64,000 nt of DNA from an uncultured Blautia sp. (GTDB lineage Bacteria; Bacillota; Clostridia; Lachnospirales; Lachnospiraceae), in the NCBI GenBank assembly GCA_964439395.1, contig CAYTNV010000014.1, forward strand, positions 3,980 through 67,979, given 5' to 3'. Positions 19,417 to 28,727 of this stretch are shown here, piece by piece. The number at the start of each line of letters is the position of its first letter. The first letter of the stretch is position 1. The notes under the pieces were generated by a model. It did not search any database, was not told where the DNA came from, and saw nothing but the letters and a program-made list of their open reading frames with translations. The position numbers were made by a program, and so were the translations under genes.

Positions 19417-19842
19417 ATGGTTTTAGATAGTAAACAGATTCAAGAAATTATTCCTCATCGCAGTCCATTTTTATTAATTGACCGAATCGATGAGTTAGAA
19501 ATAGGGAAAAGGGCAGTCGGAAGAAAATGTGTCAGTTTTAATGAGCCTTATTTTGCAGGACATTTTCCGGGAGAGCCAGTGATGCCGGGAGTACTTATTA
19601 TTGAGGCATTAGCGCAGGTTGGTGCGGTATGCTGTCTTGCGGACGAGAAGAATAAGGGGAAAATTGCGTTTTTTGGTGGAATTAATAAGGCCAGATTTAA
19701 ACAGAAGGTTGTACCAGGAGATGTGTTAAAGCTCGAAGTAGAGATGATTAAGGTGAAAGGTCCAGTGGGTATTGGAAAAGCGACAGCTTATGTGGAAGAT
19801 AAAGTTGTGGCATCCGCAGAGCTTACCTTTGCGATTAGTTAA
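19417..19842 (+). CDS. fabZ: 3-hydroxyacyl-ACP dehydratase
   Basis: Hot-dog fold signature [19 protein letters not shown]. Confidence 0.95.
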   Translation: MVLDSKQIQEIIPHRSPFLLIDRIDELEIGKRAVGRKCVSFNEPYFAGHFPGEPVMPGVLIIEALAQVGAVCCLADEKNKGKIAFFGGINKARFKQKVVPGDVLKLEVEMIKVKGPVGIGKATAYVEDKVVASAELTFAIS

Positions 19843-19866
19843 TAGAAGGAATTGCGAGGTAGAGAG

Positions 19867-21204
19867 ATGTTTAAGAAAATACTCATTGCAAATCGCGGAG
19901 AGATTGCTGTTCGCATTATCCGTGCTTGCAGAGAAATGGGAATTGAGACAGTGGCAGTTTACTCAACAATTGATAAAGATGCCATTCATACAAAGCTTGC
20001 AGATGAGGCGGTCTGCATTGGTCCTGCTCCAAGTAAGGACAGCTATTTAAACATGGAGCAAATTATTAGTGCGACTTTAGCGACGGGAGCCGAGGCGATT
20101 CATCCAGGATTTGGATTTTTATCTGAAAATAGTAAATTTGTAAAAATGTGTGAAAAATGCAATATTAATTTTATCGGACCAAGCGCTAAGTTGATTGATA
20201 AGATGGGAAACAAATCTGAAGCTAGAGTGACGATGATGAAGGCTGGGGTTCCAGTTACACCAGGAAGTAAGGAAGCAATTTATGATGCCGATAGAGGACT
20301 TGAATTGGCTAGGGAGATTGGATATCCAATTATGATTAAGGCTTCAGCTGGCGGCGGCGGAAAAGGAATGCGCGTTGCGAGAACAGAAGAAGAGTTTCTC
20401 TCTCAGTTTAATACAGCGAAAAAGGAGGCAGAGAACGCATTTTCAGATGGAACAATGTATATTGAAAAATATATGGAAAATCCAAGGCATATTGAGGTAC
20501 AGATTTTGGCTGATAAATATGGAAATGTCATTCATCTGGGGGAGCGTGATTGTTCGATTCAAAGACGACATCAAAAATTAATTGAGGAGTCTCCATGTAT
20601 CGCAATCAGCGAGGAACTCCGAAAAAAAATGGGCGAGACTGCTGTGAGAGCGGCAAAAGAAGTCGGCTATTATAATGCTGGAACAATTGAATTTTTGTTG
20701 GATGAAAATAAAAATTTCTATTTTATGGAGATGAATACAAGAATTCAGGTTGAGCATCCCGTGACAGAGATGGTAACAGGGATTGATTTGATTAAGGAGC
20801 AGATTAAAATTGCAGCAGGATACCCATTATCTTATAAACAAGAGGATATTAAAATAAATGGTCATGCGATTGAATGTCGAATTAATGCAGAGGATCCACA
20901 ACATCATTTTATGCCGTCTCCAGGTATGATAAAAACATTACATTTTCCAGGTGGGAAAGGTGTGAGAATCGAGTCAGCGCTTTACTCAAATTATGAGATT
21001 CCACCGCAGTATGATTCGATGATTCTGAAGTTGATTGTGCATGATGATACGAGAGAACTTGCTATTAGTAAGCTTAGAAGTGCACTCGGAGAAGTCATTA
21101 TAGAAGGAGTAAAAACAAATCTTGATTTTCAGTATGAGTTAATTAATCATCCAGAGTTTGAAAATGGAGAGATTGATACTGGATTTGTAGAGAGAATTCT
21201 ATAA
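19867..21204 (+). CDS. accC: Biotin carboxylase
   Basis: N-terminus [23 protein letters not shown]-grasp GGGGKGM, and the [14 protein letters not shown] motif. Confidence 0.95.
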   Translation: MFKKILIANRGEIAVRIIRACREMGIETVAVYSTIDKDAIHTKLADEAVCIGPAPSKDSYLNMEQIISATLATGAEAIHPGFGFLSENSKFVKMCEKCNINFIGPSAKLIDKMGNKSEARVTMMKAGVPVTPGSKEAIYDADRGLELAREIGYPIMIKASAGGGGKGMRVARTEEEFLSQFNTAKKEAENAFSDGTMYIEKYMENPRHIEVQILADKYGNVIHLGERDCSIQRRHQKLIEESPCIAISEELRKKMGETAVRAAKEVGYYNAGTIEFLLDENKNFYFMEMNTRIQVEHPVTEMVTGIDLIKEQIKIAAGYPLSYKQEDIKINGHAIECRINAEDPQHHFMPSPGMIKTLHFPGGKGVRIESALYSNYEIPPQYDSMILKLIVHDDTRELAISKLRSALGEVIIEGVKTNLDFQYELINHPEFENGEIDTGFVERIL

Positions 21205-21244
21205 AGAATATAGGGAATAAAAGAGATGGGGAAGGAGGAAATTT

Positions 21245-22111
21245 ATGTTTGAGGGAATGTTTAAAAAAACATATATAAAGCCAGATAGAAAACAACGTCC
21301 TAAAAAAGTAAAAAAGGTTGTAAGAGAGATTCCTCAAGTTCCAGAGGGACTTTTTCAAAAATGTGATGCATGTGGGCATACGATTTACTCGGAAGATATC
21401 GCAGAAAATTATTATATTTGTCCAAAATGTGGGGAATATTTTAGAATCCGTCCTAGGACAAGAATTAGTATGATACTTGATCAGGATAGTTTTGTCGAGT
21501 GGGATGCTGGACTTGAGACAAGTGATCCATTGGAGTTTCCGGATTATAAGAAAAAACTTGCCCATCTTCGGGAAGTGACAAACTTAGAAGAAGCTGTTAT
21601 TACAGGTGAGGGAAGTATCGGTGGAGAGCATGTGGCGATCGCCGTTATGGGTACCGATTTCATGATGGGAAGTATGGGCGAGGTTGTTGGAGAAAAAATT
21701 ACAAGGGCGATTGAGAGAGCAACTTCTTACGCAATTCCAATCTTGATTTTTTGTTGTTCAGGTGGAGCGAGGATGCAAGAGGGGATGATTTCTCTGATGC
21801 AGATGGCAAAGACTTCCGCGGCTCTTAAGAGACATGACGAGGCTGGACTTTTATATATTTCCGTTCTCACAGATCCGACAACAGGTGGCGTGACGGCAAG
21901 TTTTGCGATGCTAGGAGATATTATTTTAGCAGAGCCGAAAGCTTTAATTGGATTTGCAGGTCCTCGAGTGATTGAGCAGACGATTGGACAAAAGCTTCCA
22001 GAGGGATTTCAAAGAGCAGAATTTTTGTTAGAGCATGGCTTCGTAGATAAAATTGTGGAGCGGAAAAATTTGCGCTATACACTTGCCGCATTGCTAAATG
22101 GACATGTCTGA
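21245..22111 (+). CDS. accD: Acetyl-CoA carboxylase carboxyltransferase beta
   Basis: N-terminal zinc ribbon CDACGH...CPKCG, then the carboxyltransferase core SGGARMQEG. Confidence 0.95.
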   Translation: MFEGMFKKTYIKPDRKQRPKKVKKVVREIPQVPEGLFQKCDACGHTIYSEDIAENYYICPKCGEYFRIRPRTRISMILDQDSFVEWDAGLETSDPLEFPDYKKKLAHLREVTNLEEAVITGEGSIGGEHVAIAVMGTDFMMGSMGEVVGEKITRAIERATSYAIPILIFCCSGGARMQEGMISLMQMAKTSAALKRHDEAGLLYISVLTDPTTGGVTASFAMLGDIILAEPKALIGFAGPRVIEQTIGQKLPEGFQRAEFLLEHGFVDKIVERKNLRYTLAALLNGHV

Positions 22112-22180
22112 TGACAAAGATATTATTATTGGATAGGACTTTTGCAAAAAAAGGGAAATGTATTGAGAAAAGAGGATGTT

Positions 22181-23002
22181 ATGGAAGAAAAAAATTTTGA
22201 GATAGAGGTAGAAACTCCACAGCTTACTGCTTGGGATAGAGTGCAAATTGCGAGAAATGCCGATAGACCGACAGCTCTTGATTATATTAGTGTTTTATTC
22301 AATCGTTTTATGGAATTACATGGAGACCGTCTAGAGGGAGATGACCCTGCTATAGTGGGGGGACTTGCTCGAATTTATGACATAAATATTACTGTAATCG
22401 GTCAGCAAAAGGGACGAAATACAAAGGAAAATATTAAGAGAAATTTTGGAATGCCATCTCCAAGTGGTTATCGAAAGGCACTCCGACTTATGAGACAGGC
22501 TGAAAAATTCAATCGCCCAATTATCTGTTTTGTAGATACGCCAGGAGCTTTTTGTGGAATTGAGGCCGAAGAAAAGGGAGAAGGAGAGGCAATTGCCAGA
22601 AATCTCTTTGAGATGTCGGCTCTTAAAGTTCCAATTTTATCGATTGTGATTGGGGAAGGAGGAAGTGGCGGAGCTCTTGCTCTTGCAGTTGCGAATGAGG
22701 TTTGGATGCTAGAAAATTCTATGTATTCTATTTTATCTCCAGAGGGATTTTCGAGTATATTATGGAAAGATAAAAAGCGCGCTGCGGAGGCTGCAAGTAT
22801 TATGAAATGTACCGCTGCTGATTTAAAGGAGCTTGGAATTATCGAAAAAGTGATTGAAGAGAGAGAACCAGTAAAAACAGAAGACATGAGTGAAGTGGCA
22901 GAGAAAATGAAAGAGGGAATTTTTGAATTTCTTGAAAAGTATAAAAAAATGCAGGGCGAGCAGATAGTGCAGGAGCGCTATGAGAGATTTCGCAAATTTT
23001 AG
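22181..23002 (+). CDS. accA: Acetyl-CoA carboxylase carboxyltransferase alpha
   Basis: Motifs FVDTPGA and GEGGSGGALA. Start placed at the ATG at 22181 (AGAGGA RBS). The TTG at 22142 is also possible. Confidence 0.9.
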   Translation: MEEKNFEIEVETPQLTAWDRVQIARNADRPTALDYISVLFNRFMELHGDRLEGDDPAIVGGLARIYDINITVIGQQKGRNTKENIKRNFGMPSPSGYRKALRLMRQAEKFNRPIICFVDTPGAFCGIEAEEKGEGEAIARNLFEMSALKVPILSIVIGEGGSGGALALAVANEVWMLENSMYSILSPEGFSSILWKDKKRAAEAASIMKCTAADLKELGIIEKVIEEREPVKTEDMSEVAEKMKEGIFEFLEKYKKMQGEQIVQERYERFRKF

Positions 23003-23012
23003 GAGGAAAAAT

Positions 23013-24062
23013 ATGTCACTAAAAATAGGAGACTTGACAGCTAAAATACCGATTATTCAAGGTGGTATGGGAGTTGGAATTAGTCTGGGAGGATTAGCTG
23101 GTGCGGTGGCAAAAGAAGGGGCTATCGGCATTATTAGTACAGCGCAAATTGGATTTCGGGAAAAAGATTTTTATGAAAATCCGCTTATTGCTAATCTAAG
23201 AGCACTTGGAAAAGAATTGGAAAAAGCTAGAAAAATTGCTCCAAAAGGAATTATTGGATTTAATATTATGGTGGCGACAAATAAGTATGAGGAATATGTA
23301 AGGGCGGCAGTGAAGGCAGGTGCAGATTTAATTATCTCAGGTGCAGGACTTCCGATGGATTTGCCAGCTTTTGTAGGAAAATGTAAGACAAAGCTTCTTC
23401 CAATTGTTTCATCAAAAAGAGCAGCTAATCTTATTTTAAAACGCTGGGATAAAAAATATAATACGACGGCGGATGCCATTGTTGTGGAAGGACCAATGGC
23501 AGGTGGACATTTAGGGTTTAAAGCCGAAGAGTTAGAAGAGTTAGAAGACTTAAATGCAAATTACGACAAAGAAATTCGAGCAATTATTGAGATAACGTCA
23601 AAGTACGAACAAAAATATGGGAGAGAGATTCCTGTTATTATGGCAGGAGGAATTCGAACAAAAGAAAATATGGAGCATTGTTTTTCACTCGGAGCAAAAG
23701 GCGTGCAAGTAGCGACTAAATTTGTTACTACGAAAGAATGCGATGCGGATATTCAGTATAAAAATACTTATATTAATTGTAATAAAAAACAAATTAAAAT
23801 TGTAAAAAGCCCAGTTGGGATGCCTGCAAGAGCAATTCAAAATAAGTTTTTGGAAAAAGTAGAAAAAGAGCGTCTCGCACCAAAACATTGTTATCAATGT
23901 CTCGCAAAATGCGATAGAGCTAATATACCGTACTGTATTACAGAAGCTCTTATTCATGCGGCAGAAGGCAATATAGAGAATGCACTTCTATTTTGCGGAG
24001 CTGATGCCTATAAGGAGACGAAGATTCGAACCGTGAAAGAGGTATTGGGAGATTTTTTATAA
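23013..24062 (+). CDS. Second nitronate-monooxygenase/FabK-like flavoprotein
   Basis: IIQGGMGVG, a later GG-rich FMN motif and a C-terminal Cys pair. The ATG at 23013 follows AGGAGG. Confidence 0.8.
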   Translation: MSLKIGDLTAKIPIIQGGMGVGISLGGLAGAVAKEGAIGIISTAQIGFREKDFYENPLIANLRALGKELEKARKIAPKGIIGFNIMVATNKYEEYVRAAVKAGADLIISGAGLPMDLPAFVGKCKTKLLPIVSSKRAANLILKRWDKKYNTTADAIVVEGPMAGGHLGFKAEELEELEDLNANYDKEIRAIIEITSKYEQKYGREIPVIMAGGIRTKENMEHCFSLGAKGVQVATKFVTTKECDADIQYKNTYINCNKKQIKIVKSPVGMPARAIQNKFLEKVEKERLAPKHCYQCLAKCDRANIPYCITEALIHAAEGNIENALLFCGADAYKETKIRTVKEVLGDFL

Positions 24063-24073
24063 ATTTAATATAA

Positions 24074-24124
24074 AAAGAGAGAAAAATTTAAGAGTTGATC
24101 TCATAAATTTTTCTCTCTTTTTTT
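24074..24124. terminator. Bidirectional terminator between the fab block and the Cys-rich gene
   Basis: About 20-bp stem AAAGAGAGAAAAATTTAAGAG / CTCATAAATTTTTCTCTCTTT, flanked by A-runs and T-runs. Confidence 0.7.
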
Positions 24125-24152
24125 GTACTGGAAATAGATAAAATACTAAAAA

Positions 24153-24356
24153 CTATTTTTGGATAGATTCAGCGATTCCATCATATAAGTCTAAATCACA
24201 GTACTCTTCCGCTGTAAAATGAGCACATGTCAAACAGCTTGGAGTCTGACACTCGCAATTCGCAGAAGAATTACAAGCAGCATAAATATCCTTAGTTGGA
24301 GTATAACTGCTACAAGCTTGTGCTACCTCATGGTACATTTCTTTTGAGCTTCTCAT
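24153..24356 (-). CDS. 67-aa Cys-rich protein, unknown function
   Basis: AAAGGAG RBS 8 nt upstream. Seven Cys residues (15, 28, 34, 36, 41, 44, 53). Candidate promoter TTGAAT-18-CATAAT on the minus strand. Confidence 0.6.
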   Translation of the reverse strand: MRSSKEMYHEVAQACSSYTPTKDIYAACNSSANCECQTPSCLTCAHFTAEEYCDLDLYDGIAESIQK

Positions 24357-24484
24357 AATGTTTTCTCCTTTCTATTGACATGAATGAAATGACTCTGTTA
24401 TTATGTGTAAAGGGAAAAAATATATTCAAACAAAATGAAAATATATTAGAAAAAGACCTATTTATAAAACTTCTATGTGTAGAT

Positions 24485-24510
24485 AGCAGGCTTATAAGGC
24501 TTGCTTTTTC
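24485..24510 (+). terminator. Hairpin plus U-run inside the trpS leader
   Basis: AGCAGGCTT-ata-AAGGCTTGCT (9 bp including two G-U pairs) followed by TTTTCC. It lies about 95 nt upstream of the trpS start and downstream of TTGACA(24375)-18-TATTAT. Confidence 0.5.
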
Positions 24511-24602
24511 CTTTGCATATAGTAAAGCCCATGAGGTGAATACATCATTAAAAACATGTTTTTAGGCAAGATAGGTCGGTTTATAAAAGGAGTGAAATTA
24601 TT

Positions 24603-25610
24603 ATGTTAGATGGAAAAAAGACTTTATTTAGTGGTATGCAAGCAACAGGAACGATTACTCTTGGAAACTATCTTGGAGCTTTAAAAAACTGGATAAAATT
24701 AGACGAGGAAGGATATAAATGTTTTTATAGCGTTGTAGACATGCATTCTATCACAGTTAGACAAAATCCAGCAGAGCTTAGAAAAAGAGCGAGAAATTTA
24801 TTGATGCTTTATATTGCAGCAGGTTTGGATCCAGAGAAGAATTGTATTTATTATCAGTCTCATGTATCTGGTCATGCAGAGTTAGCTTGGATTTTAAATT
24901 GTTACACATATATGGGTGAGATGAACAGAATGACACAATTTAAGGATAAATCGGCGAAACATGCAGATAATATTAATGTAGGATTATTTGCATATCCTGT
25001 CCTAATGGCGGCAGATATTTTGCTATTCCAATCTGATGTGGTACCAGTAGGTGTTGACCAAAAGCAGCATCTTGAGATTACAAGAGATATTGCTAGCCGT
25101 TTTAATAATATTTACGGTGATGTATTTACAATTCCAGAAGCATATATGGGAAAAGTAGGTGCTAAAATTATGAGTTTACAAGAGCCTACAAAGAAAATGT
25201 CTAAATCCGATGAAAATCCAAATGCTCATATTTTATTATTAGATGAGCCAGATGTTATTATGCGCAAGTTTAAAAAAGCCGTGACAGATTCTGATGGCTT
25301 TATCGCTTACAGTGATGATAAACCAGGAATTAAAAACTTAATTGACATTTACTGTGCATCAACAGGAGCTACAGTAGAGTCTGCGTTAAAGGAATTTGAT
25401 GGGCTTGGATATGGTGTTTTAAAACAGAGAGTAGCTGAGGCAGTTATCGCAGAATTAAAGCCTCTGCAGGATAAATTCTATGACTTAAGTAAGAATAAAG
25501 ATTACATCAATTCTATTATTAAAAATAATGCTGAGCAGGCTAATTATTATGCGACAAAGACATTGAGAAAGGTACAAAGAAAAATAGGATTTCCGGATAG
25601 AATTCGCTAA
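24603..25610 (+). CDS. trpS: Tryptophan--tRNA ligase
   Basis: Class I signatures TLGNYLG (HIGH-like) and KMSKS. 335 aa. Confidence 0.95.
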   Translation: MLDGKKTLFSGMQATGTITLGNYLGALKNWIKLDEEGYKCFYSVVDMHSITVRQNPAELRKRARNLLMLYIAAGLDPEKNCIYYQSHVSGHAELAWILNCYTYMGEMNRMTQFKDKSAKHADNINVGLFAYPVLMAADILLFQSDVVPVGVDQKQHLEITRDIASRFNNIYGDVFTIPEAYMGKVGAKIMSLQEPTKKMSKSDENPNAHILLLDEPDVIMRKFKKAVTDSDGFIAYSDDKPGIKNLIDIYCASTGATVESALKEFDGLGYGVLKQRVAEAVIAELKPLQDKFYDLSKNKDYINSIIKNNAEQANYYATKTLRKVQRKIGFPDRIR

Positions 25611-25796
25611 AGATTGTTTAAAAATATTTGGAAAATTGTAAGAAATAATTCACCGAAAGTTAAGAAATATAATATATACTAAGGAAAGATTGTATAAAAG
25701 CAAAGAGAGAAAGAAAAAGATAATTTCTTTTTCCATAAGAAGTAGTTAGGAATATTTTTAGAAATAATAATAACGATAGGTGATGAGAAGATAGGA

Positions 25797-26483
25797 ATGG
25801 ATAGAGAAAAGATTATATTAGAACAGCAAAAAAGGATAGAATACTTAAAACATCCAGATCCAAATGATAAAAGAGTTAAATTTTTGCGTCTGTTTTTTAA
25901 GATACTAGGTATTATTATTTTACTTTTACTTATCATATTGCTGTTTCTTGGATATCGCAACCATATTTTTGATTCTGCGGAAAATTTTAATAAGTTTATC
26001 AAGGGATTAGGAATGTGGGGACCAGTTGCTTTTATTTCGATACAGGCAGTGCAGATTATTATTCCTGTCCTTCCTGCTCCAGTTTGTTGTATCGCTGGGG
26101 TAGTATCCTATGGTCCATGGATTGGATTTTTATATAATTATATTGGTATTACTCTTGGCTCATTTTTAGCTTTTGGTATTTCAAGAAAATACGGTTCTAT
26201 ACTCGCAAAGAGTGTAGTTTCAGATGATACTTATGAAAAATATAAAAAATGGCTAGAACATGGAGAAAAAAAGTTCGATAAACTTTTTGCGATAGCCATT
26301 TTATTACCCGCTGCTCCAGATGATTTTTTATGTTATCTAGCAGGACTCACAAAGATGCCTTTTAAAAAATTTATGTTGATTATTTTAATTGGAAAACCAT
26401 TTTCTCTTTTATCATATAGTTTTGGTCTTGAGATGTTTTCCGTTTTTAAAGTAAAATTATATAATATGTGGAGATATCGTTAG
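25797..26483 (+). CDS. TVP38/TMEM64 (DedA-related) membrane protein
   Basis: Multi-pass membrane protein with a conserved G-rich re-entrant region. Family assignment is by overall pattern. Confidence 0.75.
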   Translation: MDREKIILEQQKRIEYLKHPDPNDKRVKFLRLFFKILGIIILLLLIILLFLGYRNHIFDSAENFNKFIKGLGMWGPVAFISIQAVQIIIPVLPAPVCCIAGVVSYGPWIGFLYNYIGITLGSFLAFGISRKYGSILAKSVVSDDTYEKYKKWLEHGEKKFDKLFAIAILLPAAPDDFLCYLAGLTKMPFKKFMLIILIGKPFSLLSYSFGLEMFSVFKVKLYNMWRYR

Positions 26484-26890
26484 ATATGAAAGCTTAGATA
26501 AAAGTCCCAATATTTTGCTTTTATGACATTCTCATAATCGCCATCATATTCGTACGTTAAGATATAGCTTTATTTGCTCATAGGGCTTGATTTGTCAATA
26601 TGCAGATAAATATAAATAAATTTGTCTTTATTTACCCAGTTGATAGGATTTCAATAGTAAAACTTTGGGTTTATGGACAAATTCTTTTCTTAACATATGC
26701 AATTTGTAGAAAAAATTATTTTTTTATGACAAAAAAATATAAGATTTTAATAATAAAATAACTTTTCATTTTCTAAAAAATTGTGTATTATGTAGAAGGA
26801 TTAAGTCAGTTGCTTTTCATTTTTTAAGGATGTATTGTGGGGACAAGGACGGATATTAAATAATAAGCAGGAAAGTAACTGTGTATACGA

Positions 26891-26930
26891 GCAGTTTAAG
26901 ATAAGAGAAGTCTTAAACTGCTTTTTTTTT
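26891..26930 (+). terminator. Intrinsic terminator in the leader of the peptide-binding protein gene
   Basis: GCAGTTTAAGA / TCTTAAACTGC, a perfect 11-bp stem, followed by T9. It lies about 80 nt upstream of the ATG at 27010 and downstream of an extended -10 (TGTGTATTAT, about 26790). Confidence 0.7.
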
Positions 26931-27009
26931 AAAGGAAAGTATAGTATACTGTAAATGAGTATGTTCACATAACGAACATTGTCATATATGAAGGGAGACA
27001 ATATAAGAT

Positions 27010-28647
27010 ATGATCAAGAAAAAAGGGTATTGTATTGTCAGTATATTTTGTATATTTTTGTTAGTTCTATGTACAAGCTGTGGAGAATTTCAAAATACTG
27101 ATATGGGAGATGGAGCTCCAGAAGAGACAGTAGAAAATACACAGGCGGACGAAGATATTACTTCAAGTGCTGACGGTAAGAAGACATTGAGATATGCAAT
27201 TGTAAAAGAGCCATCCAATATAGATCCACAGCTTACTAGTAGCAGTGTGGAGGCAACAATAGGATTTCATGTATATGAGGGATTAGTAAAAAATAATCGA
27301 GGAACTGTAAAAAATGCAATGGCAAAGTCATATCAAATATCGGAAGATGGACTTACTTATACATTTTATTTAAGAGATGCAAATTGGAGTGATGGAGAGC
27401 CTGTGACGGCGCAACATTTTGTGGATGGAATTAAGCGATTAATGAATCCGAATACGAAAAGCAGTTATTCTTATTTAGCTGACTGTATTGCAGATGTGCA
27501 GGCAACAGATGAAAAGACAGTTGTAATTACTTTAAAGGAAGCAACTACTTATTTTTTGAATTTATTATGTATGGTAAATTTTTCACCAGTGCGAGAGGAT
27601 ATTATAGAGAAAGAGGGAAGCAGCTTTGCAATGCGTCCATCTACCACGGTATATAATGGTCCGTTTATTGTGTCCGCCTGGAAGAAAGGGAGAAAAATTA
27701 TTTTAGAGAAGAATGAGAATTATTATAATAGTGATGGTATTTCTCTTGAGCGAGTGGAGATTATTTCTGTTTCTAGTATAGAAGAGGCATATAAAATGTA
27801 TCAATCGGGTGATATAGATTTTGTGGAAGTGAATCAATCCTCGTATTTGAGTGATGAAAGTAATTATAATGTGGATTATGATGGAGGTGTAGAGTATCTT
27901 ACCTTCAATTTTAATAATCGGTATTTACAAAATAAAAATTTGAGATTAGCAATTGCTTATGCTATCAATAGAACTTCTTTACTGAAAGAGTCTGGTCAAG
28001 AGCTAAATGAGATAGCGACTAGATATATTATGCCAGATATTAATGGAATTACTAGTACGTATGGGGAGGAACAAAAGTATGCACCGTTTAGCGAAGAAGA
28101 AAATAGGACAGAGTCACTTAATTATCTTGCCTCTGCATTAAATGAGTTAGGAATTAGCGATGCCTCTGATATTCAATTAGAATTATTAGTGGAGAATACA
28201 CAGATAAAAAAGCAAGAGGGAGAAGAAATCAAGAAACAGTTAGAGACACTTTTAGGTATTAAAGTTATTTTGAAAAAGAGTTCTAAAGTAAAAAAAGTAA
28301 ATAGTGAGGCGAAGGGGGATTTTGCGATAACTTTGACAACATGGTATCCAGATTATTCGGATGCTCTTGCTTATATAGAAATCTGGGAGAGTAGTTCCAT
28401 TTATAATATAAGTTGTTATAATAATAAATTGGTAGATAATAAGCTAAAGGAAATTAGAGAGACCGATATCTCTAAGACAAGGCAAAGAACGATATCTGAG
28501 GTGGAGAAAATTTTATGTGAGGATGCGGCTGTGATTCCAATTCAGTTTTCAAAGAAGGCAATTTTATATTCCAATAATTTAACAGGCCTAGTTACGTACT
28601 ATATTGGTAATAACTATAATTATATTCATGCGAATAAGACGACATAA
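27010..28647 (+). CDS. Family-5 (OppA/DppA-like) peptide-binding lipoprotein, orphan
   Basis: Lipobox LCTSCG. 545 aa with the SBP family-5 pattern. No permease or ATPase genes are adjacent. Confidence 0.85.
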   Translation: MIKKKGYCIVSIFCIFLLVLCTSCGEFQNTDMGDGAPEETVENTQADEDITSSADGKKTLRYAIVKEPSNIDPQLTSSSVEATIGFHVYEGLVKNNRGTVKNAMAKSYQISEDGLTYTFYLRDANWSDGEPVTAQHFVDGIKRLMNPNTKSSYSYLADCIADVQATDEKTVVITLKEATTYFLNLLCMVNFSPVREDIIEKEGSSFAMRPSTTVYNGPFIVSAWKKGRKIILEKNENYYNSDGISLERVEIISVSSIEEAYKMYQSGDIDFVEVNQSSYLSDESNYNVDYDGGVEYLTFNFNNRYLQNKNLRLAIAYAINRTSLLKESGQELNEIATRYIMPDINGITSTYGEEQKYAPFSEEENRTESLNYLASALNELGISDASDIQLELLVENTQIKKQEGEEIKKQLETLLGIKVILKKSSKVKKVNSEAKGDFAITLTTWYPDYSDALAYIEIWESSSIYNISCYNNKLVDNKLKEIRETDISKTRQRTISEVEKILCEDAAVIPIQFSKKAILYSNNLTGLVTYYIGNNYNYIHANKTT

Positions 28648-28727
28648 TAAGATAAAGGGAGAATCAAAAAAATAATTATATAATGGAGGAAGATTCACTA
28701 CTTAGAGATTTAGAGTAATAAAAAGGA

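Noticed and set aside
22468-22887. 139-aa antisense ORF inside accA
   Set aside because: It is entirely antisense to a well-supported housekeeping gene. Its Ser/Ala/Ile-rich composition is an off-frame artefact.
24380-24565. 61-aa plus-strand ORF upstream of trpS
   Set aside because: It occupies the divergent promoter and leader region, has no RBS, and contains the leader terminator hairpin.
25679-26002. 107-aa minus-strand ORF overlapping the TVP38 gene start, and similar spurious ORFs at 48748-49110, 30887-31126 and 21143-21565
   Set aside because: These are AT-rich intergenic or antisense translations without an RBS or recognisable motifs. Each overlaps a better-supported gene start.
26484-26760. 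Possible decayed gene fragment on the minus strand (translation ...YILTYEYDGDYENVIKAKYWDFYLSF, with an in-frame stop upstream)
   Set aside because: It is too short and is interrupted. I cannot assign a family, so the evidence is insufficient to call a pseudogene.
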